Source: Vibrio alginolyticus NBRC 15630 = ATCC 17749
Lineage (GTDB): Bacteria > Pseudomonadota > Gammaproteobacteria > Enterobacterales > Vibrionaceae
Assembly: GCF_000354175.2 (NCBI RefSeq)
Contig: NC_022349.1
Span: 1,980,001-2,012,000 of the forward strand
DNA length: 32,000 nt
Direction of reading: 5' to 3'
A program made the position numbers and the translations under genes. A model generated the notes under the pieces. It saw nothing but the letters and a program-made list of their open reading frames with translations, did no database searches and was not told the origin of the DNA. Every line of letters begins with the position of its first letter. Position 1 is the stretch's first letter. Below are positions 9,234-18,232 of this stretch, piece by piece.

Positions 9234-11795
9234 GTGAAGTTCATAAAGCGTTTATTATTTTTAACATTGATTTGCATAATTCTTGGAGTCACCACAATAT
9301 TTGGCTTCTATCAGTATGTGAAGCCTGAATTGCCAGATGTTGCAACTCTAAAAGACGTTGAATTACAAACACCTATGAAGGTGTTTAGTCAAGACGGGAA
9401 GCTGATCGCACAGTTCGGTGAAAAGCGTCGTATTCCTGTTACTTATGACGAAATTCCTCAAGACTTAATTCACGCGCTCATCGCAACCGAAGATAGCCGT
9501 TTCTACGAGCATCCTGGTATCGACCCTATCGGCATCACTCGTGCAGCTGTTGTTGTTGCGGTTTCAGGCTCGGCTAAACAGGGTGCAAGTACGATTACGC
9601 AACAGCTAGCTCGTAACTTCTTCTTATCTAATGAGAAGAAGATCATGCGTAAGATTAAAGAGATTTTTATTGCTATCCATATTGAGCAGCTTTTAAGTAA
9701 GCAAGAAATCATGGAGCTTTATGTCAATAAAATCTTCCTTGGTTACCGCTCATATGGCTTTGGTGCTGCCGCTCAAGTGTATTTTGGTAAGAGCCTTGAT
9801 GAATTGACGTTAAGTGAGATTGCAACACTCGCTGGTATGCCAAAAGCGCCATCAACCATGAACCCAATTTACTCTCTTGAGCGCGCAACAAAACGCCGTA
9901 ACGTTGTATTAATGCGAATGCTTGATGAGAAATACATTACACAAGAGCAGTATGACGAAGCACGCAATGAACCTATTGTGGCGCGTTATCATAGCGCTGA
10001 AATTGAGCTTTCAGCGCCTTACGTAGCAGAGTTGGCTCGTGCATGGGCAGTAAAAGAGTACGGTGAAGAAGAAGCTTACACCTCTGGCTTGAATATCTAC
10101 ATGACTGTGGATTCTAAACTGCAAGATGCTGCAAATACGTCTGCGGTAAATAACCTCTTGTCATACGATGAACGTCATGGCTACCGTGGTGCAGAAAGTG
10201 TGCTTTGGAAAGAAGGGGAAGCAGCCTGGGGCAATGAGCAAATAGAAAAGCACCTGAAGAAACAGCCAACTTATGGTGACCTTTACCCTGCGGTTGTGAC
10301 GAAAGTCGATGATAAGACGGCGCAAGTATGGGTTAAGAACCATGAAGAGCAAACCATCCCTTGGACTGGAATGCACTGGGCGCGTAAGTACATTACCGAT
10401 AACCGCCAAGGCTCAACACCAAAGTCAGCGCATGATGTGCTAGCGACAGGTCAACAAGTTTGGGTTCGCGAAGTAAGTGAAACCGATGAAGATGACAACA
10501 CAACACTGAGCTGGAAACTGAGCCAAGTGCCGACAGCAAACACCGCGTTTGTTGCGATGAACCCAGAAAATGGCGCGATATTGTCGCTGGTTGGTGGTTT
10601 CAACTTTGTTCACAGCAAGTTTAACCGTGCAACCATGTCAGTGCGTCAGGTTGGTTCAAGTATCAAGCCTTTCATCTACTCGGCAGCAATTGACAAAGGG
10701 CTGACTCTAGCCACTTTGATTAACGATGCGCCGATTAACAAGTGGGATGCAGGTTCTGGTTCAGCTTGGCGACCAAAAAACTCACCACCGACTTATGGTG
10801 GTCCAACGCGTCTTCGCCTCGGCTTAGCTCAATCAAAAAACGTCATGGCAGTGCGTACACTCCGTGAAGTTGGCCTCGAGGAGACACGTCAGTACCTTAC
10901 TCGTTTCGGTTTTGATATTAACCAAGTACCACGCTCAGAGACCATCGCACTCGGAGCTGGCAGCTTAACACCAATGAAAGTGGCACAAGGTTACTCTGTG
11001 TTTGCGAACGGTGGTTATTACGTTGAACCATTCTATGTAGAACGCGTGGAAGATGCATTCGGTGAAGTACTGTTTAAAGCCAATCCAAAGAGTGTTTGTT
11101 ATAAGGATTGTCCGCAAATGAGCGAGCAGCCAGAAAATCGCTACGCTGATGAATTTGGCGAACAAGACGTCGCAATTGATGGCCTAGCAACAGACAATGC
11201 CCTTGAAAATGATGAACCTCAATATGCACCGCAAGTTATCTCTGAACAGAATGCATTCTTAATGCGTGAGATGATGTACAGCAACATTTGGGGTGGCGGT
11301 AACTGGCGTGAAGGCACAGGTTGGAATGGTACAGGCTGGCGCGCGCAAAAACTTGGTCGTCGTGATATCGGGGGTAAAACGGGTACAACGAATGATTCCA
11401 AGGATGCTTGGTACAATGGCTATGGACCTGGTGTCGTTGCGATAGCTTGGGTTGGCTTTGATGATCATTCACGTGCACTTGGCCGCACCACTGTTAACAG
11501 CAACCTAGGGCAAGGCCAAATTTCTGGTGCCGAGTCGGGTGCGAAAACCGCAGAGCCTGCTTGGATTGACTTCATGCGTGTTGCGCTAGAAGGGACGCCG
11601 GAGCAAGGTAAAAATATTCCAGAGGATATTATTCGAGTTCGTATTGATCGCAACAGCGGTATGCTAACGCACAAGGTAGATAGCACATCAATGTTCGAAT
11701 ACTTTGAAAAAGGCACGGAGCCTACCGAATACGCTGGCGACCGTTTAGAAGATAGTATTTATTCTTCAGGCTCTGGCGCAGAAGAACTGTTCTAA
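9234..11795 (+). CDS. mrcA: penicillin-binding protein 1A (bifunctional glycosyltransferase/transpeptidase)
   Basis: 853 codons with a GTG start at 9234-9236. The N-terminus VKFIKRLL resembles E. coli MrcA, which I recall beginning VKFVKYFL. GT51 motifs are EDSRFYEH, GASTITQQ and RKIKE. Transpeptidase motifs are SSIKP (SxxK), SKN (SxN) and KTGTT. Confidence 0.96.
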   Translation: MKFIKRLLFLTLICIILGVTTIFGFYQYVKPELPDVATLKDVELQTPMKVFSQDGKLIAQFGEKRRIPVTYDEIPQDLIHALIATEDSRFYEHPGIDPIGITRAAVVVAVSGSAKQGASTITQQLARNFFLSNEKKIMRKIKEIFIAIHIEQLLSKQEIMELYVNKIFLGYRSYGFGAAAQVYFGKSLDELTLSEIATLAGMPKAPSTMNPIYSLERATKRRNVVLMRMLDEKYITQEQYDEARNEPIVARYHSAEIELSAPYVAELARAWAVKEYGEEEAYTSGLNIYMTVDSKLQDAANTSAVNNLLSYDERHGYRGAESVLWKEGEAAWGNEQIEKHLKKQPTYGDLYPAVVTKVDDKTAQVWVKNHEEQTIPWTGMHWARKYITDNRQGSTPKSAHDVLATGQQVWVREVSETDEDDNTTLSWKLSQVPTANTAFVAMNPENGAILSLVGGFNFVHSKFNRATMSVRQVGSSIKPFIYSAAIDKGLTLATLINDAPINKWDAGSGSAWRPKNSPPTYGGPTRLRLGLAQSKNVMAVRTLREVGLEETRQYLTRFGFDINQVPRSETIALGAGSLTPMKVAQGYSVFANGGYYVEPFYVERVEDAFGEVLFKANPKSVCYKDCPQMSEQPENRYADEFGEQDVAIDGLATDNALENDEPQYAPQVISEQNAFLMREMMYSNIWGGGNWREGTGWNGTGWRAQKLGRRDIGGKTGTTNDSKDAWYNGYGPGVVAIAWVGFDDHSRALGRTTVNSNLGQGQISGAESGAKTAEPAWIDFMRVALEGTPEQGKNIPEDIIRVRIDRNSGMLTHKVDSTSMFEYFEKGTEPTEYAGDRLEDSIYSSGSGAEELF

Positions 11796-11810
11796 ATCAC
11801 AAAAGCACAA

Positions 11811-11837
11811 GGGAGAGCATCAAGCTCTCCCTTTTTT
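11811..11837. terminator. hairpin terminator between convergent mrcA and oxyR
   Basis: GGGAGAGC (11811-11818), loop ATCAA, GCTCTCCC (11824-11831), then TTTTTT (11832-11837). It starts 16 nt after the mrcA stop and ends 12 nt before the oxyR stop. The U-tract is strong only on the plus strand. Confidence 0.8.
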
Positions 11838-11848
11838 ATGTCTGCTTC

Positions 11849-12760
11849 TTATGCTGCAGCATTCAATGATGGATAAGAAGCCAACACCTCTTTAATCTTC
11901 GCTGCTAAAGCTTCAAACCTAGCTCGTAATGGTGAGCCCGGACGATATACGAGAACGATATTACGCGAGGGTGTTGGGTTAACAGCTGGTACGTAGCATA
12001 CGCCATCTTTTTGCTTCTCATTAGGGATAGAAAGCTGAGGCAATAACGTAATCCCCGCACCGGCAGCAACCATATTGCGTAACGTCTCCAAGCTGGTGGC
12101 TTTAAAACGCTCATCGTCTTTTGCACCAGCGGCAAAACAAAAACCTAACGCTTGATCTCTCAGACAGTGGCCGTCTCCCAACGCTAAAACGGTTTTACCA
12201 TTCAGCTCCAACATATCAACATGGTCGAGAGAGGCCCACTCGTGGTCACATGGCACTGCGACACTTAATGGCTCTTGATACACTTCGATCTCTTTAAATG
12301 GCGCAGTTTCATCAACCGAAGCTAAAACTAAGCAATCTAGTTTGCCTTCTTCCAATTGACGCACTAATTGATGTGTTTGAGCTTCGTGCAGAAATAGCTC
12401 CAGCTCAGGAAATGCTTCTTTTATCTGCGGCAGAATTTTGGGTAGTAGATAAGGCCCAACCGTCGGGATGAAACCAATATGCATCGGTCCAGTCATGGCT
12501 CCGCTTTGACCGCTTGCCATATCTCTGAAGGTTTTCACTTCACTTAAGATGCGCTTAGCCTGCTCCACCAGCTGTAACCCTGAATCGGTAAACAAAACAC
12601 GTCGGCTGCTTCGCTCTAAAAGCGTGGTCCCGAGTTCGTCCTCTAGTTTACGAATTTGCCCACTCAATGTTGGCTGGCTAACAAAACATGCCTCTGCCGC
12701 TTTGCGAAAGTGCTTATGTTCCGCAAGTGCAACTAAGTACTCAAAATCTCGAATATTCAT
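11849..12760 (-). CDS. oxyR: hydrogen peroxide-sensing LysR-family regulator OxyR
   Basis: 303-aa ORF. MNIRDFEYLVALAEHKHFRKAAEACFVSQPTLSGQIRKLEDELG is nearly identical to the E. coli OxyR helix-turn-helix region. The redox Cys pair is conserved (GHCLRDQALGFCF, equivalent to C199/C208). Confidence 0.95.
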   Translation of the reverse strand: MNIRDFEYLVALAEHKHFRKAAEACFVSQPTLSGQIRKLEDELGTTLLERSSRRVLFTDSGLQLVEQAKRILSEVKTFRDMASGQSGAMTGPMHIGFIPTVGPYLLPKILPQIKEAFPELELFLHEAQTHQLVRQLEEGKLDCLVLASVDETAPFKEIEVYQEPLSVAVPCDHEWASLDHVDMLELNGKTVLALGDGHCLRDQALGFCFAAGAKDDERFKATSLETLRNMVAAGAGITLLPQLSIPNEKQKDGVCYVPAVNPTPSRNIVLVYRPGSPLRARFEALAAKIKEVLASYPSLNAAA

Positions 12761-12784
12761 ACTTCACGCTTCGCTTCTTTAACA

Positions 12785-12821
12785 ATAGCTAATACCTATC
12801 AAAACCATAACACCAAACGAT
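12785..12821. promoter_or_regulatory. candidate OxyR operator in the oxyR / prx-grx divergent region
   Basis: ATAGCTAATACCTAT (12785-12799) matches every specified position of the OxyR half-motif ATAGnTnnnAnCTAT. A 7-nt spacer follows. ATAACACCAAACGAT (12807-12821) matches 7 of the 10 specified positions. The site ends next to the -35 position of a TACAAT -10 candidate (12842-12847) facing prx-grx, and it starts 25 nt upstream of the oxyR start codon. Confidence 0.55.
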
Positions 12822-12929
12822 TAGAGCTATCAAAGGATTTTTACAATAATGGGCTCAACAAAACGAAACAGAGCGACGAAAAACGCTAAGCTCTATACGC
12901 ATAATTTAAAATAGTTAAAGGAAATCATT

Positions 12930-13658
12930 ATGTTTGTATCTAAAGAAGGTCAACAAGTCCCTCAAGTTACTTTTCCAGTTCGTCAAGGTGACTCTTGGGT
13001 GAATGTAACGACCGATGAGCTATTTAAAGGTAAGACCGTTATCGTATTTAGCTTACCGGGTGCATTTACTCCAACCTGTTCATCAAGCCATCTACCTCGT
13101 TACAACGAATTGTTCCCTGTATTTAAAGAGCACGGAGTGGATGAGATTATTTGTGTCTCGGTCAATGATACGTTCGTGATGAATGCATGGAAACAAGACC
13201 AAGAAGCAGAAAACATTACCTTCATCCCGGATGGTAATGGTGAATTCACCGATGGCATGGGTATGTTAGTGGATAAAAACGACATCGGCTTTGGCAAACG
13301 TTCATGGCGTTACAGCATGCTAGTAAAAGATGGCGTAGTGGAAAAAATGTTCATTGAGCCAAACGAACCAGGCGACCCATTCAAGGTGTCAGACGCAGAT
13401 ACGATGCTGAACTACATAGCGCCTGACTACAAAACGCAAGAATCCATCACGGTGTTCACTAAACCAGGCTGCCCTTTCTGTATGAAAGCGAAACAAAATC
13501 TGATTGACCACGGTCTTCAATATGAAGAAGTGATTCTGGGTAAAGACGCAACAACAGTTAGTCTACGAGCTATATCTGGTCGCACGACTGTTCCACAAGT
13601 CTTTATCGGTGGCAAGCACATCGGCGGTAGCGAAGAGCTAGAAGCGTATCTAGGCTAA
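12930..13658 (+). CDS. prxA: hybrid peroxiredoxin-glutaredoxin (Prx5-type peroxidase fused to Grx)
   Basis: 242-aa ORF. The N-terminal half has the Prx5-type peroxidatic motif PGAFTPTCS. The C-terminal ~75 aa is a glutaredoxin with the CPFC active site and [14 protein letters not shown]. The architecture matches the Haemophilus PGdx and V. cholerae PrxA type, and the gene is divergent from oxyR. The symbol is assigned by synteny with V. cholerae oxyR1-prxA, as I recall it. Confidence 0.88.
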   Translation: MFVSKEGQQVPQVTFPVRQGDSWVNVTTDELFKGKTVIVFSLPGAFTPTCSSSHLPRYNELFPVFKEHGVDEIICVSVNDTFVMNAWKQDQEAENITFIPDGNGEFTDGMGMLVDKNDIGFGKRSWRYSMLVKDGVVEKMFIEPNEPGDPFKVSDADTMLNYIAPDYKTQESITVFTKPGCPFCMKAKQNLIDHGLQYEEVILGKDATTVSLRAISGRTTVPQVFIGGKHIGGSEELEAYLG

Positions 13659-13680
13659 GCTGTCCATAGCCTACACCCTC

Positions 13681-13709
13681 GGTCTCCGGTGCCTTTTGGC
13701 TCGGAGGCC
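13681..13709 (+). other. GC-rich stem-loop 22 nt after the prx-grx stop (no U-tract)
   Basis: GGTCTCCGG(T)GCC, loop TTTT, GGCTCGGAGGCC. This gives about 12 bp including two G-T wobbles and one bulged T. It is followed by AACCCTAAACC, so it is not a canonical intrinsic terminator. Confidence 0.5.
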
Positions 13710-13738
13710 AACCCTAAACCACTTCTTCTACTAGTCTA

Positions 13739-13775
13739 GATAAGTAGTCATCTGCCAATAAGGTGACTACTTATC
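13739..13775 (+). other. perfect 12-bp inverted repeat / stem-loop
   Basis: GATAAGTAGTCA (13739-13750), a 13-nt loop, then TGACTACTTATC (13764-13775). No U-tract follows. Confidence 0.5.
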
Positions 13776-13800
13776 CAGATTCAACTATCCAATTTACTCT

Positions 13801-13824
13801 CCAAGCTCAATGTAGCTAGCTTGG
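13801..13824 (+). other. 7-bp inverted repeat just upstream of the RBS of the flavoprotein gene
   Basis: CCAAGCT (13801-13807), a 10-nt loop, then AGCTTGG (13818-13824). It contains the palindrome AGCTAGCT. It ends 25 nt before the ATG at 13850. Confidence 0.4.
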
Positions 13825-13849
13825 CTTAAAACAAAAGCGAGAGTTCACG

Positions 13850-15322
13850 ATGAAACAAGTTAATGTCGACGTAGCGATTATTGGTGGCGGGACGGCTGGT
13901 CTTGGTGCTTATCGAGCAGCAAAAGCTCATACCAACAGCGTGGTAATGATTGAGGGCGGTCCCTACGGAACAACCTGTGCTCGTGTCGGATGCATGCCGT
14001 CTAAGTTGTTAATTGCGGCAGCAGAAAGTGTTCATCAAATCGAAAAAGCACCTGGGTTTGGGATACACCCGCAAGGTGAAGTACGAATTAACGGACGAGA
14101 AGTTATGGATCGTGTAAAGCGCGAACGCGATCGTTTTGTTGGCTTTGTGCTTGAAAGTGTCGATGATATTCCCGCTGAAGACAAACTATCGGGCTACGCG
14201 AAGTTTGCCGATGACCACACTCTCATCATAGATGATCATACTCAGGTCACCGCACAGCGCATTGTTATTGCGACAGGATCTCGTCCAGCATATCCGGCAG
14301 CTTGGAATGAACTGGGTGATCGCCTAGTGATTAACGATGATGTATTTGACTGGGATGACTTACCAGAGTCCGTGGCAGTATTTGGCCCAGGAGTCATCGG
14401 CCTTGAATTGGGTCAGGCTTTACACCGCCTAGGAGTGAACGTGAAGCTCTTTGGCCTTGGAGGACAAGTGGGCCCACTGACAGACCCAGAGGTGATGGCG
14501 TATGCAGATAAAGCCTTTAAGGAAGAGTTCTACCTTGATGCAGATGTAAAAGTCGAAAGCATGAAACGCATTGCTTCGTCAGACAATGACGGCGAAGACA
14601 AGGTCGAAATCCAATTCATCAACCACGATGGCGAATTAGAAACTTTCGTTGTCGATTACGTATTGGCCGCAACGGGTCGTCGTCCAAACGTCGATAAGCT
14701 GGCGATCGAGAACACCAATGTGGCGCTCGATGAACGTGGCATACCAACGGCAGATCACTATACATTGCAAACTTCGGTAGAGAGCATCTTCATCGCAGGT
14801 GATGCAAGTAACCAAATTCCACTGCTGCACGAAGCCGCTGACCAAGGCCGGATTGCTGGAGACAACGCAGGCCGTTTCCCAGATATTCGTGCGGGTCTGC
14901 GTCGCTCACCAATTTCAGCCGTGTTCTCCGACCCTCAAATTGCTATGGTTGGAGAAACATATAAACAACTAGAAATACGTCTAGGCACATGTGGATGTTT
15001 CGCAACCGGTGAAGTCTCGTTTGAAAATCAAGGACGTTCGCGCGTCATGCTTCGTAATAAAGGCATTCTGCATGTCTACGGAGAGCAAGGCACTGGACGT
15101 TTTTTAGGTGCAGAAATGATGGGCCCGAATGCAGAGCATCTTGCTCACCTTTTAGCATGGGCGCACCAAAATAGGATGACGATTTCTGAGATGTTAGATA
15201 TGCCCTTCTATCACCCAGTGATTGAAGAAGGCGTCCGCACCGCTCTACGTGATTTGAATGCAAAACTACACTTAGGGCCAGAAATGGTGAAACATTGTCT
15301 TGACTGCGGCCCAGGCTGCTAA
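13850..15322 (+). CDS. FAD-dependent pyridine nucleotide-disulfide oxidoreductase, dihydrolipoyl dehydrogenase family, with a Cys-rich C-terminal tail
   Basis: 490-aa ORF. It has the FAD-binding motif VAIIGGGTAGLGA, the redox-active disulfide GTTCARVGCMPSK (CxxxxC), an NAD(P)H-binding motif VAVFGPGVIGLELG, and an HPxxxE dimer-interface motif (FYHPVIEEG). The C-terminus is HCLDCGPGC. I cannot tell the substrate from sequence alone. Confidence 0.85.
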   Translation: MKQVNVDVAIIGGGTAGLGAYRAAKAHTNSVVMIEGGPYGTTCARVGCMPSKLLIAAAESVHQIEKAPGFGIHPQGEVRINGREVMDRVKRERDRFVGFVLESVDDIPAEDKLSGYAKFADDHTLIIDDHTQVTAQRIVIATGSRPAYPAAWNELGDRLVINDDVFDWDDLPESVAVFGPGVIGLELGQALHRLGVNVKLFGLGGQVGPLTDPEVMAYADKAFKEEFYLDADVKVESMKRIASSDNDGEDKVEIQFINHDGELETFVVDYVLAATGRRPNVDKLAIENTNVALDERGIPTADHYTLQTSVESIFIAGDASNQIPLLHEAADQGRIAGDNAGRFPDIRAGLRRSPISAVFSDPQIAMVGETYKQLEIRLGTCGCFATGEVSFENQGRSRVMLRNKGILHVYGEQGTGRFLGAEMMGPNAEHLAHLLAWAHQNRMTISEMLDMPFYHPVIEEGVRTALRDLNAKLHLGPEMVKHCLDCGPGC

Positions 15323-15347
15323 CGCTTTCAGGCTTCTATCTAAATAT

Positions 15348-15382
15348 AAAGCAAAGCCTCGTCATCAACGAGGCTTTGCTTT
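15348..15382. terminator. bidirectional hairpin terminator (flavoprotein gene on plus strand, 35-aa ORF on minus strand)
   Basis: AAAGCAAAGCCTCG (15348-15361), loop TCATCAA, then CGAGGCTTTGCTTT (15369-15382). This is a perfect 14-bp stem whose outer A/T pairs provide U-runs in both directions. It starts 26 nt after the plus-strand stop and ends 27 nt after the minus-strand small-ORF stop. Confidence 0.8.
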
Positions 15383-15408
15383 ACTACTTTGGCGCAATGA
15401 AATCTCTC

Positions 15409-15516
15409 TTACGCTGCCATCATTGCATAGCGACTGACCATACAAATCGCGACAACACCGATCATACAGAACCCACCAGCGATACTCAGCGCAAGTTTCA
15501 ACTCTGTCGACATCAT
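15409..15516 (-). CDS. candidate 35-aa small hydrophobic (single-TM) protein, unannotated
   Basis: Below the ORF-track size cutoff; I found it by hand. The minus strand reads AGGAAATATA-ATGATG TCG ... GCG TAA. This encodes MMSTELKLALSIAGGFCMIGVVAICMVSRYAMMAA. AGGA lies 6 nt before the first ATG. The peptide has a ~20-residue hydrophobic core. The strong terminator at 15348-15382 follows. I recognise no homologue. Confidence 0.5.
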   Translation of the reverse strand: MMSTELKLALSIAGGFCMIGVVAICMVSRYAMMAA

Positions 15517-15695
15517 TATATTTCCTGTTAAAGACTGACAGCGCACCATACATCAATTACGTGCCACAAAGCTTTTACAAAGCTAACTTTCCATTTTTGG
15601 TTGTGTCATGGCGCTCTAAGTCCGGTACAAGAAACGCTTTCCACCATATAGTTAGATATATAATCTGAAGCAACACTAATGGTTTGGAAAACACT

Positions 15696-15977
15696 ATGAC
15701 TTGTCGCCGCTGCGAAGAACATTGGTTTTGGAAAAAACTTGGACGTTGCCAACGATGCTTGGATCAATTGACGGTACTTTCTGTACTGTGTTGGATTGTA
15801 TGGTGGTTTACGCTCAAAGATGATCCACAAAGCATCGAGTCGATCGCTTTGATCTTTGCCGGCTTCGCTTTCAACGTTTTGTTGTTTTTACACTTATGGA
15901 TGCGTTTTGTCATCTTGCCTTGGCAGCGTCGACGGGGACAAAAAAAGACGAATAAAAAAGAGAAAAGTGACAGATAG
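15696..15977 (+). CDS. small membrane protein with N-terminal CxxC...CxxC motif and two predicted TM helices (function unknown)
   Basis: The ORF-track start at 15684 is a TTG. I chose the ATG at 15696-15698, with GGAAA 5 nt upstream. This gives 93 aa: MTCRRCEEHWFWKKLGRCQRC, then two hydrophobic segments (LTVLSVLCWIVWWF and IALIFAGFAFNVLLFLHLW), then a strongly basic tail RRRGQKKTNKKEKSDR. It is followed by the terminator at 15983-16012. It may belong to a small DUF family common in marine gammaproteobacteria, but I cannot confirm that. Confidence 0.6.
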   Translation: MTCRRCEEHWFWKKLGRCQRCLDQLTVLSVLCWIVWWFTLKDDPQSIESIALIFAGFAFNVLLFLHLWMRFVILPWQRRRGQKKTNKKEKSDR

Positions 15978-15982
15978 AAAAA

Positions 15983-16012
15983 AGCCCCAAAACCAATGTC
16001 AGTTCTGGGGCT
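15983..16012 (+). terminator. hairpin terminator after the CxxC membrane protein gene
   Basis: AGCCCCAAAAC (15983-15993), an 8-nt loop, then GTTCTGGGGCT (16002-16012). This is 11 bp with one A-C mismatch. The T-rich stretch CTCTTAGATTCTTCT follows. It starts 6 nt after the stop codon. Confidence 0.6.
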
Positions 16013-16171
16013 CTCTTAGATTCTTCTAAGAAAAAGCAGTGGTACTTTAATAGACCGGGCTTCCTCTCAAAGGTTCCAAATTTTTTCGATTTTTTTAGCG
16101 AATACTGATGTAAGTAAGCAGGAAAATGACTATGTCATTGAATGCTAATAAAATCACTCCACAACTTCAGT

Positions 16172-18070
<1,899 letters not shown>

Positions 18071-18163
18071 TTACTCTAACGTTCTCGAATGAGTAGTAAC
18101 CAATTTGATGGTCATTTGCTCACTTTTTCTTATGGGTCAACGTTACGGCAATTTCGATAAAAA

Positions 18164-18202
18164 ATAAAGTATAAATTCAATATTTTTACATATATATTCA
18201 AG
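18164..18202 (-). promoter_or_regulatory. tandem ARG boxes (ArgR operator) upstream of argH
   Basis: The minus strand reads ctTGAATatatATGTAaa, then aat, then atTGAATttatACTTTat. These are two 18-mers separated by 3 bp. Each has a perfect TGAAT left half and a partial right half relative to wnTGAATwwwwATTCAnw. The site lies 118-156 nt upstream of the argH ATG. Confidence 0.55.
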
Positions 18203-18232
18203 CCAACTTTAGATACCCGCTTTTAGAAACCA

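Noticed and set aside
9503-11716. Seven minus-strand ORFs (65-83 aa) inside mrcA
   Set aside because: They are antisense shadow ORFs within a gene whose plus-strand frame carries all PBP1A motifs.
11905-12782. ORFs 11905-12135 (minus strand, alternative frame) and 12549-12782 (plus strand) overlapping oxyR
   Set aside because: They lie within or antisense to oxyR. They have no independent start signals and no recognisable domains.
13100-15263. Minus-strand ORFs 13100-13297, 14636-14845 and 15045-15263
   Set aside because: They are antisense to prx-grx and to the flavoprotein gene, and look like shadow frames.
15365-15556. 63-aa minus-strand ORF from the track (MMYGALSVFNRKYN...)
   Set aside because: Its 3' part runs through the terminator hairpin at 15348-15382. 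It has no RBS, and the translation is Cys/Arg/Trp-rich nonsense. The 35-codon frame at 15409-15516, in a different frame, has an RBS, a hydrophobic core and a properly placed terminator.
15606-15830. 74-aa minus-strand ORF overlapping the start of the CxxC membrane protein gene
   Set aside because: It is antisense to the better-supported plus-strand gene. It has no RBS or motifs.
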